DNA from: Chloroflexota bacterium
Lineage (GTDB): Bacteria > Chloroflexota > Dehalococcoidia > GIF9 > UBA5629
Length of the DNA: 64,000 nt
Reading direction: 5' to 3'
Assembly (NCBI GenBank): GCA_016875875.1
Contig: VGOP01000008.1
Span: 19,834 to 83,833 of the forward strand
Below, one piece after another: positions 28,499 through 39,012 of this stretch. Position numbers and translations under genes: made by a program. Each line of letters opens with the position of its first letter. Position 1 is the first letter of the stretch. The notes below the pieces were generated by a model. The model did no database searches and was not told where the DNA came from. It saw only the letters and a program-made list of their open reading frames with translations.

Positions 28499-28636
28499 GT
28501 GCTAAATTTTCTTCACCTTAACGTAAACTGGAGGCCTTTAGGCAAGTGTGACAGTTTGAGCTTTGCTGGTGCTGTACTTAGAAATTCAGGAGGGATAGTG
28601 AAAACAGAAACGATAGCGCCACCTGAGAAAGAGACT

Positions 28637-28999
28637 ATGAGCATTGGTGAGTTAGCACGGCGAATTGGCTTAACTACTCGTACGGTTCGCTACTATGAAG
28701 AGATGGGGCTGCTCGTAGGTGTGACCCGTGGAACAAACGGGCGCCGAATCTATACTGAGGAAGACCTTTATCAACTGCGCCTTATACGACGTGGTAAACT
28801 ACTCCTGGGGCTATCGCTGGCCGAGATGAAAGAGCTGGTTGAAGTGTTCAGGCAGACTGGCACTGAAAGGAGTGTTATCCAGCGCAGTATTGAGATCTTG
28901 ACGTCTCATCTTGACGAGGTGGAAGACAAGCTGAAAAAGCTGGAAAGCTATCGGAGGTTGCTGGCTGCAGAAATCAAACGAGTTAAAGGACTGCTATAA
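28637..28999 (+). CDS. MerR-family transcriptional regulator
   Basis: Start at the ATG 28637. MSIGELARRIGLTTRTVRYYEEMGLL is the MerR HTH, followed by a coiled-coil dimerisation helix. Confidence 0.7.
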   Translation: MSIGELARRIGLTTRTVRYYEEMGLLVGVTRGTNGRRIYTEEDLYQLRLIRRGKLLLGLSLAEMKELVEVFRQTGTERSVIQRSIEILTSHLDEVEDKLKKLESYRRLLAAEIKRVKGLL

Positions 29000-29095
29000 A
29001 ATTGGCTGGACGATATAGGCTGGGGAACATGAGAAACGCGTACCTCCCCGTGCCTCGAAGACTATAGTAGATAGAATTTTGCAAGAGGATTAAAT

Positions 29096-29512
29096 ATGGC
29101 AGATTCAATTCGGGTTCTGTTAGGCAAAATCGGGCTCGATGGCCATGACAGGGGCATCAGAATGGTGGCGGCCTGGCTGCGCGATGGGGGCATGGAAGTG
29201 GTTTATGTGGGAACGCATCAAACAGCGGAAAGGCTGGCCAGAGCTGCCAGCGAGGAAGACGCGGATGTCATCGGGCTAAGCTTTCAGGGCGCTGACCATG
29301 TGCCCCTGTGTAAGCAGATGTTAGAGCAGATGAAGGCACATGGCTTACAGGACAGGCTCCTGGTTGTTGGCGGCAATATCCCTCGCGTTGATATCCCCTT
29401 ACTTAAAGAGATGGGTGTGGATGCAATTTTTGCCAGTGGCACTCCAATGAGTAAATCGGTGGCATATATTCAAGAGAATGCACACAAAAAACGCAGCAAG
29501 GAGGCGAAATGA
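29096..29512 (+). CDS. cobalamin-binding subunit of a split acyl-CoA mutase (methylmalonyl-CoA-mutase-like)
   Basis: 138 aa. B12-binding DxHxxG motif (GLDGHDRGIRMVA) in a Rossmann-like domain. Confidence 0.8.
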   Translation: MADSIRVLLGKIGLDGHDRGIRMVAAWLRDGGMEVVYVGTHQTAERLARAASEEDADVIGLSFQGADHVPLCKQMLEQMKAHGLQDRLLVVGGNIPRVDIPLLKEMGVDAIFASGTPMSKSVAYIQENAHKKRSKEAK

Positions 29513-31176
29513 CAACACAGGAAATCAAAAGCCGGTATTTTCAAGGGGCACGGAGGAAGGAAACCTGGTCAGGAATCCCGGTAAAGACAGTCTATACCCC
29601 GGAGGACATAAAAGATATCGATTATGCTCGCTCCATGGGTAACCCCGGAGAGTACCCCTACAAGAGAGGTATTTATGCCGATATGTACCGGGGTCGGTTG
29701 TGGAGCCAGCGGCAGATAACTGGCTGTCCCACCCCTAAGATGACCAACGAGCGGTTGAGATATTTGCTCAGCACTGGCGAGAGCGCCATCAACATCATCG
29801 GTGACCAGCCGACTCAAATTGGAATCGATTCTGACCATCCCTGGGCTGAGGGTTGTGTTGGCCGGGTTGGGGTGTGCGTTGATACCATGGATGACATGCG
29901 GCAGATACTGGATGGCATTCCCCTGGACCAGGTGAGCACCATGCTGACTCTGGTGACCCCCATTGCTTTGCCCTCCTACATGGTTCTTGCCGAGGAGCAG
30001 GGTATTGCACCTTCTGAGCTTAGAGCCACCAGCCCGATGGTTCCGCCTGTGCTTGGAGCTCCGGTGTGTATGTACGGAGGTAAGGAATGGTGGTTTGATA
30101 TGGCCAAACGGCAGATGAAGGAGTTCATAGACAAGCTGGAGTACATGACTAAGAAATACCCCAAAATCTATGTGGCTAACTACAACGCGTATAATATTCG
30201 GGAGACCGGCGTTGGGGCTGCCGAGGAAGTAGCCTGGATCTTTGCCAATGCCTTCGAAGGGTTGAAGCTGATAACTGAGCGAGGGGTGGACATAGATGTG
30301 GTGGCGCCCAAGGTCAGCATTACCTTCAGCGTCATGATAGACATTCTCGAAGAGGCTGCCAAGTTCAGGGCAGCCAGAGCCATTTGGGCTCGCACCCTGA
30401 AAGAGAAATTCGGGGCTAAAGACCCGCGCTCGCTGAGACTGAAGTATCACGTAAACACGGCAGGGATCATTATGGAGCGGCAGCAGGCGACGATAAACGT
30501 TATCCGCGCTGCTTATGCTGCGCTGGCAGCGGTCCTTGGGGGCACGCAGTCGCTTCAGGTGGCCAGCTATGACGAGCCTATTGCCATCCCGACGGAAGAA
30601 GCGGCTACCCTCGCCGTGAGGACGCAGCAAATCCTGGCTAATGAGACCGGCGTTGCCAGCGTGGCAGACCCGTTGGCCGGCTCCTACTATGTGGAAAGCC
30701 TGACACAGCAGCTAGAAGAAAAAATGCAGAAGATCATCGATACCATTGAGGAGAAAGGCGGTATGTCAGCAGCTATACACAGTGGCTACATAGACCGGGA
30801 GATGGAGGCAGCTTGGTTTAAATATCAGAAGGAAGTGGAGGCTAAGGAGCGCATTGTGGTCGGCGTCAATGAGTTCACCATTCCTGAGGAACAGGATGCT
30901 GACGTGGCGGTTTACCTCGGCAAGGTGGACTTCGACTTGGTGCAACACCATATCGAGAACCTGAAGGAGTTCAAGCGGACGCGCGACCAGGCTAAGGTGA
31001 AAAAAGCCCTGGAAGCTCTGCTCCATGCCACCGAGAACGATGAATCTGATATCTGTGATTATGAGAAGGAGTGCTGCAAGGCTGGCTGTACCACTGGTGA
31101 GGTGAACGGGGTCAAGCGAATGGGCATCGGCCTGCCATACGACCCATTGGGGATTTTGGAATATCCATTCGCCTGA
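29509..31176 (+). CDS. acyl-CoA mutase large (substrate-binding TIM-barrel) subunit, methylmalonyl-CoA-mutase family
   Basis: 555 aa with mutase N-terminal domain motifs. Overlaps the B12 subunit by 4 nt. Confidence 0.8.
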   Translation: MTTQEIKSRYFQGARRKETWSGIPVKTVYTPEDIKDIDYARSMGNPGEYPYKRGIYADMYRGRLWSQRQITGCPTPKMTNERLRYLLSTGESAINIIGDQPTQIGIDSDHPWAEGCVGRVGVCVDTMDDMRQILDGIPLDQVSTMLTLVTPIALPSYMVLAEEQGIAPSELRATSPMVPPVLGAPVCMYGGKEWWFDMAKRQMKEFIDKLEYMTKKYPKIYVANYNAYNIRETGVGAAEEVAWIFANAFEGLKLITERGVDIDVVAPKVSITFSVMIDILEEAAKFRAARAIWARTLKEKFGAKDPRSLRLKYHVNTAGIIMERQQATINVIRAAYAALAAVLGGTQSLQVASYDEPIAIPTEEAATLAVRTQQILANETGVASVADPLAGSYYVESLTQQLEEKMQKIIDTIEEKGGMSAAIHSGYIDREMEAAWFKYQKEVEAKERIVVGVNEFTIPEEQDADVAVYLGKVDFDLVQHHIENLKEFKRTRDQAKVKKALEALLHATENDESDICDYEKECCKAGCTTGEVNGVKRMGIGLPYDPLGILEYPFA

Positions 31177-31214
31177 GATGCGTAGAGCAGGCTGGACGGG
31201 CCAATGACATGAAA

Positions 31215-31248
31215 GAGGCCTCGTAACTCTGATCTGCGAGGCCTTTTT
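31215..31248 (+). terminator. intrinsic terminator after the mutase genes
   Basis: gaggcctcg-taactctgatctg-cgaggcc followed by TTTTT. Confidence 0.5.
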
Positions 31249-31278
31249 GTATCTACCGTCTGTCTGTTTTATTTACTA

Positions 31279-31953
31279 CTATGTCCCCTGTACTATCTTC
31301 GGTATCTCTTGCGCTTCAATGAACTGACGCAGCCGCTCGCGTGAGCCCGTGCTGTAAGCGTTGGCCCAGGCGTTATATATCTCATCCAGCGGGACATTCT
31401 CGTAGAAGCCATGGTCTTGCAGATAGTCGATGTGCGGATTTCCGTCTAAATCGCGAGGTGGCAACATGGCATCGTGCTCGCCATCGAATTCCACGGGGAA
31501 GAGGCGGTGTTCCTGACACACCTTAACCTCGAAGGTGGGGGTAACTTTGACCCACTTCTCGTCAATGTATAGCTCATCAAAACCATGGTAGGGGAACAGA
31601 TTTGTGCCGAGTGTCTCCTTTACATTATCGGGAGCGCGATAATTTCGAATGTCAACAAAGTGTACGCGGGCAGGTATGCCCACAGCGCGGGCTAGGGTAG
31701 CCAGCAGAACCGCCTTTTGTATGCACATCCCCCCACCAGCCTTCAGAATGCTGCTTGCCCGGTAAGATTCAAGGACATCGAGTGGCAGATAAGGGAAAAA
31801 TTTGATCTCATCCCTGCCAAAATAGAAAAGGCTTTTGGCTTTGTCGGCAACTTTTTCCTGTCCTTTGGTGACGCTTTCGGCCTTTTCTTTTATCGCTTCG
31901 TTTTCGCAGTCAAATGTAGGCGTAGCTTTCAGCCACTTTTCCATTTCGTTCAT
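31279..31953 (-). CDS. transglutaminase-like cysteine-peptidase-fold protein (paralog 2)
   Basis: 224 aa. GGGMCIQKAVLLATLARAVGIPAR provides the Cys, with downstream His/Asp. About 50% identical to the upstream paralog. Confidence 0.55.
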   Translation of the reverse strand: MNEMEKWLKATPTFDCENEAIKEKAESVTKGQEKVADKAKSLFYFGRDEIKFFPYLPLDVLESYRASSILKAGGGMCIQKAVLLATLARAVGIPARVHFVDIRNYRAPDNVKETLGTNLFPYHGFDELYIDEKWVKVTPTFEVKVCQEHRLFPVEFDGEHDAMLPPRDLDGNPHIDYLQDHGFYENVPLDEIYNAWANAYSTGSRERLRQFIEAQEIPKIVQGT

Positions 31954-31968
31954 TTTATATCTTTCCTT

Positions 31969-32631
31969 TTACCTCTCCTGCGCCTTTTCTAACTCCTTCA
32001 AGCGGTTCAGCCGCTCCCGGGCAGCCATCCCGTAGTGTTTCAACCAGGCAGCGAGTATTTCGTCTACAGGTACATCCACGCGATGTCCGTGGTCTGCGAC
32101 GTATTCGATATGCAACTTCCCATCCATATTGTGCGACGGGAATATGGCATCATTTTTGCCATCGAATTCCACCGGTATGATTCTGTTCTCCTGGCACATT
32201 TTCAGGTCGAAAGCCGGTGTAGCCTTAACCCATTTCCCTCCGATGTGTAGCTCTGTCCAACCGTGATAGGTAAATAAGTTTGTCCCCATAACCTCGCGTA
32301 CTTTTCCGGAAACGAGGTGGTTTCGAATATCGGCAAGGTGTAGACGGGCAGGTATGCCCACAGTACGGGCAAAGGCAGCCAGCACAGCCGCTTTTTCCAC
32401 ACAAAAACCCTCTCCTCTCTTCAGTGTCTTGCTTGCTTTGTAGTCTTCAAAAATCTCCACTGGCACCAGTGGGCTGTATTTAATATTATCTCTCACCCAG
32501 TAGAAAAGGCTTTTGGCTTTGTCCTCGACTGTTTCTTTACCTTTGGTCAAATCTGAAGCCTTCTTTTTTATGGTCTCGTTATCGCTGTCAATTGTGGGTG
32601 AAGGCCTGAGATATTTTTCCATTTCGCTCAT
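31969..32631 (-). CDS. transglutaminase-like cysteine-peptidase-fold protein (paralog 1)
   Basis: 220 aa. [24 protein letters not shown]. The start overlaps the sucD stop. Confidence 0.55.
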   Translation of the reverse strand: MSEMEKYLRPSPTIDSDNETIKKKASDLTKGKETVEDKAKSLFYWVRDNIKYSPLVPVEIFEDYKASKTLKRGEGFCVEKAAVLAAFARTVGIPARLHLADIRNHLVSGKVREVMGTNLFTYHGWTELHIGGKWVKATPAFDLKMCQENRIIPVEFDGKNDAIFPSHNMDGKLHIEYVADHGHRVDVPVDEILAAWLKHYGMAARERLNRLKELEKAQER

Positions 32632-33506
32632 GGCTGTGTCTCCAGCACCTTTTTCATGGTCAGCCCGATTTCCGCAGGGCTGGGGGCTATAGTAGCTCCA
32701 GCAGTGGCCAGGGCTGCTATCTTATCCTGGGCTCTGCCTGAACTGCCACTGATGATAGCCCCGGCATGCCCCATTCTCCTGCCGGGTGGAGCTGTAGCTC
32801 CAGCCACGAAGGCAACCACCGGCTTGGTCATCCTTTCCTTAATGAATTTGGCAGCCTCCTGCTCTGCGGTACCACCGATCTCACCTATAAGCACCACCGC
32901 CTTGGTATCCTTGTCTTTCTCGAACAGCTCAAGTATGTCGACGAAGGTACTGCCGGGGAGGGGGTCACCACCGATGCCGACGCAGGTGGATTGACCGATG
33001 CCCAGGCTGGTTAGCTGAGCAACCGTTTCATAGGTAAGCGTGCCGCTGCGAGAGACGACACCGACATTGCCCGGAAGATGAATCTCACCAGCCATTATGC
33101 CTACCTTACACTTGCCCGGTGAGATTAAGCCGGGGCAATTTGGGCCGACAAGCCTAGTTTGTTTTCCTTTGAGATAGTTGTGTACCACAACCATATCTGA
33201 AACCGGAATGCCTTCGGTGATGCACACGACCAGCGGAATACCAGCATCGGCAGCCTCCAGAATGGCATCAGCGGCAAAGGCAGCCGGCACAAAAATCATG
33301 CTGGCATTGGCTCCAGTTTTCTCTGTCGCTGCCTCTACAGTGTTGAAGACAGGTACACCTAATATTTCGCTGCCGCCCTTTCCCGGCGTCATACCGGCGA
33401 CAACTTTGGTGCCATACTCGATACACCGCTGGGTATGAAAGCTGCCCTCGCCGCCGGTTATCCCTTGAACGAGCAATCGAGTCTTCACGTCAATCAGGAT
33501 GCCCAA
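32628..33506 (-). CDS. sucD: succinyl-CoA synthetase alpha subunit
   Basis: 292 aa. CoA-binding GITG motif and phosphohistidine loop (SRSGTLTYE). Confidence 0.9.
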   Translation of the reverse strand: MGILIDVKTRLLVQGITGGEGSFHTQRCIEYGTKVVAGMTPGKGGSEILGVPVFNTVEAATEKTGANASMIFVPAAFAADAILEAADAGIPLVVCITEGIPVSDMVVVHNYLKGKQTRLVGPNCPGLISPGKCKVGIMAGEIHLPGNVGVVSRSGTLTYETVAQLTSLGIGQSTCVGIGGDPLPGSTFVDILELFEKDKDTKAVVLIGEIGGTAEQEAAKFIKERMTKPVVAFVAGATAPPGRRMGHAGAIISGSSGRAQDKIAALATAGATIAPSPAEIGLTMKKVLETQP

Positions 33507-34675
33507 CTCTTACCTCCTTTAGCCACTTCTACTGCCTTGCGGGCAGCATCATAGAAATCAATTGCCTCAATAAATTTAATCCCAGATTTAGCCAGGATGC
33601 GTTTCCCTTCATCGACATTTGTCCCGGCCAGCCTGACGACAAGAGGAAGCCGGACATCCATCTGCTTATGGGCTTCAACTATGCCCTGGGCAATGATATC
33701 AACCCTGGCCATACCGCCAAATATGTTGACTAGAATCGCCTTCACGTTGGGGTCTGTAATAAAAATCTTAAAAGCGTTGGCAACACGGTTAACGTCATTA
33801 ACGGTGCCGATATCTAAAAAATTAGCTGGTCTGCCGCCGGCCTGATTGATAAGATCCATGACCGCCATGGCTAGACCAGCTCCGTTGACCATGCAGCCAA
33901 TATTGCCATCCATTTTGATGTAATTCTTGACACCCAGTTCGTTAGCCTTGACTTCAAGCGGGTCTTCCTGTTCCAAATCGTGAAGTTGCTCCATGTCTTT
34001 GTGGCGGAAGAGAGCACTGTCATCAAAGTTCAGCTTGGCATCGAGGGCCAGGAGTTCGCCGTCAGTAGTAACGACCAGAGGATTGATTTCGGCTAAGGAG
34101 CAGTCCTTGGCTTGAAAGAGTTGGTACAGGTTTGTCATCAGGCTGGTGGCTGGTCTCACTTGGGCTGGGCTTAAGCTCATCCCGTAGGCCAGCTTGCGTC
34201 CTTGGAAGGCTTGAAATCCAGCCGACGGGTCGATATAAACTTTGATGATCTTCTGTGGGCTAACTCGAGCTACCTCCTCGATATCCATACCGCCGGCTTC
34301 ACTTGCCATCATTACTGGCATCCTGCTGGCATTGTCAACGATTATGCTGAGATAAAGCTCCCGCTGGACGCTAACCGCTTTCTCTACGAGGACTTTGCTC
34401 ACTGGTACCCCTTCTGGGGTTGTCTGATGTGTTACCAGCCTGGTGCCAAGCATCTGCCCTGCCAGCTTTGCTGTTTCCTCTGGGTTATCGGCCACCTTTA
34501 TGCCTCCGGCTTTACCTCTGCCGCCGGCATAGACCTGGGCTTTAATTGCCGCTTTGCTTCCAAGCTCAGCAGCTATCTTTTTAGCTTCAGCCGATGTATT
34601 GGCTACTCCGCCTTTGGGGACTGGGATGCCGAATTCAGACAGCAGCGCCTTAGCCTGGTATTCGTGTATTTTCAT
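33494..34675 (-). CDS. sucC: succinyl-CoA synthetase beta subunit
   Basis: 393 aa. [12 protein letters not shown] start, ATP-grasp domain and ligase-CoA domain. Confidence 0.9.
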   Translation of the reverse strand: MKIHEYQAKALLSEFGIPVPKGGVANTSAEAKKIAAELGSKAAIKAQVYAGGRGKAGGIKVADNPEETAKLAGQMLGTRLVTHQTTPEGVPVSKVLVEKAVSVQRELYLSIIVDNASRMPVMMASEAGGMDIEEVARVSPQKIIKVYIDPSAGFQAFQGRKLAYGMSLSPAQVRPATSLMTNLYQLFQAKDCSLAEINPLVVTTDGELLALDAKLNFDDSALFRHKDMEQLHDLEQEDPLEVKANELGVKNYIKMDGNIGCMVNGAGLAMAVMDLINQAGGRPANFLDIGTVNDVNRVANAFKIFITDPNVKAILVNIFGGMARVDIIAQGIVEAHKQMDVRLPLVVRLAGTNVDEGKRILAKSGIKFIEAIDFYDAARKAVEVAKGGKSWAS

Positions 34676-34726
34676 CCAGCTCTCTCCTCTTATATGATTA
34701 AGTGATTAATATAGATAACAGCGATC

Positions 34727-34814
34727 TGGCGGAGGGGGTGGGATTCGAACCCACGTTCGCTTTCGCGAAAACGGTTTTCAAGACCGTCGCCATAGTCCAC
34801 TCGGCCACCCCTCC
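34727..34814 (-). tRNA. tRNA-Ser (anticodon UGA)
   Basis: Minus-strand sequence GGAGGGGTGGCCGAGTGG...CTTGAAAACCG...GTGGGTTCGAATCCCACCCCCTCCGCCA. Clean acceptor, D, anticodon (TGA), long variable and T arms. Encoded CCA. Confidence 0.8.
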
Positions 34815-34859
34815 AAAACCATCCTAGTATAGGAAATCGAATTGTGTTTAGCAACCATG

Positions 34860-34970
34860 ATTTATTGTCATTCCTGAGAGAGCTGCTACTTTAGTTAAAG
34901 AGGCTGTCCTAAAATGGAGCCCTGACCCTTTAGGGTCGGGCGCCCAAGGCTAAAGCCTCGGGGGCTACAT
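34860..34970. repeat. intergenic repeat/hairpin cluster related to families A and B
   Basis: ttgtcattcctgagag (family-A-like start), hairpin gaccctttagggtc, and ggctaaagcctcgggggctacatgtt (family B). Confidence 0.45.
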
Positions 34971-35022
34971 GTTTTGATTTAACCACCTGGTCTGTTTTGC
35001 TCGTTGCGCGATGAGGGGGTGA

Positions 35023-36903
35023 CTAGAGGGACCTGAGTATCTTTTCTATTTCATCTGGGCTAGAGAAACGCCCCTTTTTGATTTCCTTGATGATGCCATT
35101 GGTATCGATAAAGAAAGTTGTGGGATAAGTATCCACCCTATAAAGTTTTCTAACCTGCCCTTCTGAATCGAACAGTGCGGGAAAAGCATATGCTTTTTGC
35201 GTGATATATTGCTTGACGCTGATAAGGTCCTGATTATCCCTAACAGCGATGGCAAGTATTACTAGTTCTTTACCCGACCAGTCGCCAGAAATTATCTGGA
35301 AGAAAGGCATTTCCTCCTTGCATGGGTCACACCAAGTTGCCCAGAAATTGACCATCACTATCTTGCCTTGCAAGGCGCTTAAAGTTATATCTTTTCCATT
35401 GAGGTCTTTCAGGGTGAAATTTGGAGCGCGGTTACCGACTTGATTACCAACCTGGACTGGGGCAAGAGTCTTGAATGTTAGGTTGGTTGTGGATGTGGCT
35501 TCATTCCCACTGGCATCTTTTGATATTCCTCTGAAGTTATAGGTTGTGTTGGGGTCCAGTTGAGTCAGAGTAACACTGTGGCTGGTGGTAAGCTTTGAAT
35601 CTAATGGTGTGGTTAAGCCGTATGTTTCCGTTTTTCCATATTTGACCTGACTGGTGGCAGGTTCATTTGTTGCCCACGTGACAATGGCACTTGTTTCAGT
35701 GATTCTTGAGATATTGAATCCAGAAATCGTTGGCACGGTTTTATCGGCTATGGCTAAAGTTGTCAATTCTCCTTCCGATGTGGTTTCCTTTCCGTCGGCG
35801 TCTGTAGATATCACAGTGTAGCTATAGGTTGTATTGGGTTGAAGGCCACTCAGGGTTACGCCGTGGCTGGTGTCTAAATTTTCTTGAGGTTTTATTTCGG
35901 TGCTGACACCACTAGGATCGCGCAATATAACCCGACTAGTAGCAGGTTTGTCGGTTCGCCAGGTAATGGTAGCACCTGTTTCGGCTGTTGATGAAATCGG
36001 CGCACTTTGGATGTTAGGACGTGTGGTATCTGCGGTGTTAGCAGGTGGCGATGGCGTCCATGTCTGGGTGACAAAGTAGTAGATGCCGCTACCGATAAAA
36101 AAGCATATGAGTAGAATAAACATGGTAGTAACTACTTTCATTAGCCCCTGCCGCCCAGAGTCTGAAATACCCCGTCCTAGAGGCATAGGAGGCATTGTTT
36201 GATATGGATATGGCCTTGCAGGCATCGGTAGGCTAGCTGATGTCGGTGTTGCACTGGCGGCTACAGGTGCAAAACGTGGCAGTGGCAGTGGCAGCGGCAT
36301 GCCACTACGTGGCATAGCACCGGACGAGCTGTAATTTGAGCGTTGTCTGAAGCCAGATAGGGGAGGAGTATTTGGGGGGTTACTATGTTGAGACCTCGTG
36401 CCATAAGCTATTGGCGGTTGCTGACCTATAGAACTTTGTGGTCTCGGTGCAAGTGGGCGGCGTGCCGGTGGTGCGGTATGTGCTGGTGGCTGCTGCATCA
36501 CCCGATGCTTAATTCCATAAAGCAAGCCACAGCCTATACAACGTCCTGATTCAGGGTCCATGCTCCCCCCGCACTTTGGGCAATTGTGCTGATGTCTTGT
36601 GACGGTAACTCTAGGTGGTTGCTGGCGCATGGCAGTCTGTGCAGTTCGCTGTGGTGGTGCACTCGAGGCTCTGGGAACTGCAGTAGCTTTTGGCCTTGCT
36701 GCTACGGCGGGTGAAACTGGTTGATTGGTTGAACTATGTTGCTCTGAGGCGCAGAGGAAGCCACACGTTGGGCAATACCTTGACCTTTGAGGAAGAGGCG
36801 CGTGGCAACGCAGACACAGCATTGTGCCGCAGTTCTTGCAGAATTGCTGGCCTGGGGGCATTTGCGAGTGGCAAATAGAACAAAGGGTTATTCTGGGCTG
36901 CAC
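35023..36903 (-). CDS. membrane protein: N-terminal multiple zinc ribbons, Pro/Gln-rich linker, 1 TM, two FN3-like domains, C-terminal TlpA/ResA-like thioredoxin
   Basis: 626 aa. Zinc ribbons CSICHS..CKNCG, CLRCHA..CPTCG and CPKCGG..CIGCG. TM helix VVTTMFILLICFFIGSGIYYFV. FN3-like repeats. Thioredoxin motif NFWATWCDPC. Confidence 0.55.
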   Translation of the reverse strand: MQPRITLCSICHSQMPPGQQFCKNCGTMLCLRCHAPLPQRSRYCPTCGFLCASEQHSSTNQPVSPAVAARPKATAVPRASSAPPQRTAQTAMRQQPPRVTVTRHQHNCPKCGGSMDPESGRCIGCGLLYGIKHRVMQQPPAHTAPPARRPLAPRPQSSIGQQPPIAYGTRSQHSNPPNTPPLSGFRQRSNYSSSGAMPRSGMPLPLPLPRFAPVAASATPTSASLPMPARPYPYQTMPPMPLGRGISDSGRQGLMKVVTTMFILLICFFIGSGIYYFVTQTWTPSPPANTADTTRPNIQSAPISSTAETGATITWRTDKPATSRVILRDPSGVSTEIKPQENLDTSHGVTLSGLQPNTTYSYTVISTDADGKETTSEGELTTLAIADKTVPTISGFNISRITETSAIVTWATNEPATSQVKYGKTETYGLTTPLDSKLTTSHSVTLTQLDPNTTYNFRGISKDASGNEATSTTNLTFKTLAPVQVGNQVGNRAPNFTLKDLNGKDITLSALQGKIVMVNFWATWCDPCKEEMPFFQIISGDWSGKELVILAIAVRDNQDLISVKQYITQKAYAFPALFDSEGQVRKLYRVDTYPTTFFIDTNGIIKEIKKGRFSSPDEIEKILRSL

Positions 36904-37184
36904 GCTATCACCGTTCTCCGATCAGTTCGGTACCACTATTGTTTCTTTTTATATTCTCTTCAGTGCTGCAGAGCATTCTGAATACCTTTTCTATATTATA
37001 CACCTAGCCAAAGCATAAAGTGGAGTGCCATTTATAGTCCTATAGGAGAACTATTCGAGATGACAAGGTTAGCGTTTTTAGCCATATTTGGCAAGAAATA
37101 ATGGACTTACCATGATGTTTTTGCATACCTAAGGCTGAATTACAAATAGTATTTATCATAGTGAAGGAGTTGAGGGGCAGAATG

Positions 37185-38831
37185 TTAGTCGAGACTGCGC
37201 AGTATTCCTGTTATCTCTTCTGTGTTTTCGAACCGTCCAGTCTTGATTTTCCTGATAATTCCGTCCGAGTCAATGAACACGGTCTTCGGTGTATAATCAA
37301 CGTGATAGCTACTGTTGGCCGGGTTTACTTCCGTGTCAAGTAAGATGGGAAATGTGAACTCCCCTATCTTATCAATATATTTGTCTTCAAGTTTTGCAAT
37401 GCGGTCGGCTCTTCCATCAATACATACAGTAATTATAACAAACTCCGGGCTCAAATTCTCATTTGCCCATTTCTCGTCTTCGTAGACCTCCCGGATAAGA
37501 GGAAATTCTGCGAGACAAGCTCCACAAAAGGTATTCCAGAAGTTAAGCAATATCTTTTTGCCCCTGAACTGGCTTAATTTTACCGTCTCGCCATTGTTAG
37601 GCGATTTTGAGTCATCATCTTGGTACTCCTGCAATTCAAAGTCAGAAGCTCGTCTCCCCACCCTGTCACCGGCTGGTATTTCAGAGAGAGTTTGCAGCAT
37701 GTCGGCGCCGGAGGCTACGTTTCCGCATTTATCTGCTGACTTCACCATGAAGTAATAAGTTGTAGACGGCTCTAGGCCAATTAGATGAACCTTGTGGCTG
37801 ATAGCTGGTTCTCCTGTAGATTCTGCAGTTTGGCCATAATCTCTTGTTTTCCCATACTCAACCTGACTTGTGGCAGTCTCCTCAGTTTCCCAGGCTATGG
37901 TGGCACTTACATCGGAGTAACTAACAACCTTGACTTCTAATATGGTTGGTGGTGTTGTATCTTTAAGCCGGAAATGTGCGGTGACGCTTTTATTCGAGTC
38001 CATGATAATGACGGCAGTCTCCGACGAGCCTGAAGCACCGTCCCAATAGCTGAATGTGTAGCAGTCGTCAGGGATAGCCATCAGTGTAATTTTGCTACCA
38101 GGCTCAAATGTGCCACTGCTAGATAAGGGAGATACTATCTTAATCTCACCGCCTGCTTCGGGAATCACATTTGTGCCCAGGGTATAGGTTTTAGATGAAG
38201 TTAGAGATAGATGGAGTGATTGAGTGCCAGGTTCAGCACTTTGGCTAAAGAATCGTGTGATGTGGATACCTCCCAAGACGAGACCACTAAGTACAATGCC
38301 AACTAGCAGACTTGCTAGAACTGGTCTTACAAAATGCCCCAGTTGGGGAAATTTCCACTCTCTTCGCTTGGCCTTTGCTATTTCTTTTAGAAGCGGACTT
38401 CGTGTTGGCGAAATGCCCTCCATCTTGGGTTGAAAGGATGGTGCTGCTGGTACAACAGGCCTCGCTGCTGTTGTTACGGCGCCTGTGGGCGCAGCACTTG
38501 TTGATCGATATTTAGCCCCAAGAAAGCCACAGCTTGGACAATCTTTATGAACAGCGTCGACGCTAGTACCACAATTAGGGCAGGTGTACTGGAGCTTGCC
38601 TTGAGGAGATTTATCTACCTTCTTAGCTGCAGAAGTTTGTTGCCGAGCTTTCTGTGCCTGTTGCCACAGCTGGTAATTAGGGTCCTCCCAACCACAGTAA
38701 GGGCAGATTTTGCCGTCAAAAATGTGAGCTTTAGGGCATAATCTTGCATTACAATTTGGGCATGAAAGCTCACCGAGGTTATCCTTCTTTACTCGAACGC
38801 GGCATTTAGGACACAGTATTATTCCCTGCAC
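37185..38831 (-). CDS. paralogous zinc-ribbon / TM / FN3 / TlpA-like thioredoxin membrane protein
   Basis: 548 aa. Four CxxC zinc-ribbon pairs at the N-terminus, 1 TM, one FN3-like domain, and a thioredoxin-fold C-terminus (NFWNTFCGAC). Confidence 0.55.
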   Translation of the reverse strand: MQGIILCPKCRVRVKKDNLGELSCPNCNARLCPKAHIFDGKICPYCGWEDPNYQLWQQAQKARQQTSAAKKVDKSPQGKLQYTCPNCGTSVDAVHKDCPSCGFLGAKYRSTSAAPTGAVTTAARPVVPAAPSFQPKMEGISPTRSPLLKEIAKAKRREWKFPQLGHFVRPVLASLLVGIVLSGLVLGGIHITRFFSQSAEPGTQSLHLSLTSSKTYTLGTNVIPEAGGEIKIVSPLSSSGTFEPGSKITLMAIPDDCYTFSYWDGASGSSETAVIIMDSNKSVTAHFRLKDTTPPTILEVKVVSYSDVSATIAWETEETATSQVEYGKTRDYGQTAESTGEPAISHKVHLIGLEPSTTYYFMVKSADKCGNVASGADMLQTLSEIPAGDRVGRRASDFELQEYQDDDSKSPNNGETVKLSQFRGKKILLNFWNTFCGACLAEFPLIREVYEDEKWANENLSPEFVIITVCIDGRADRIAKLEDKYIDKIGEFTFPILLDTEVNPANSSYHVDYTPKTVFIDSDGIIRKIKTGRFENTEEITGILRSLD

Positions 38832-39012
38832 GTTGTCCTCGTTGCGCGTTTATTCATTGTCTACACTGATTACTTGATTTAGTGTTTTTGAGCGCTGCAA
38901 ATAATACGCCTTCTTTAAATTATACACATAGAGAAGCTAAAATGAAATTATCTAAGGCTAGGAAGTCTGTCTGCTAAGCTGGTATCGAGAGTGGAAAGTT
39001 GTTTGGGGATTG

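Noticed and set aside
29569-30630. 353-aa minus-strand ORF inside the acyl-CoA mutase large-subunit gene
   Set aside because: Antisense shadow ORF in a GC-rich, well-supported coding region. The translation is low-complexity (R/G/P/H rich) with no motifs.
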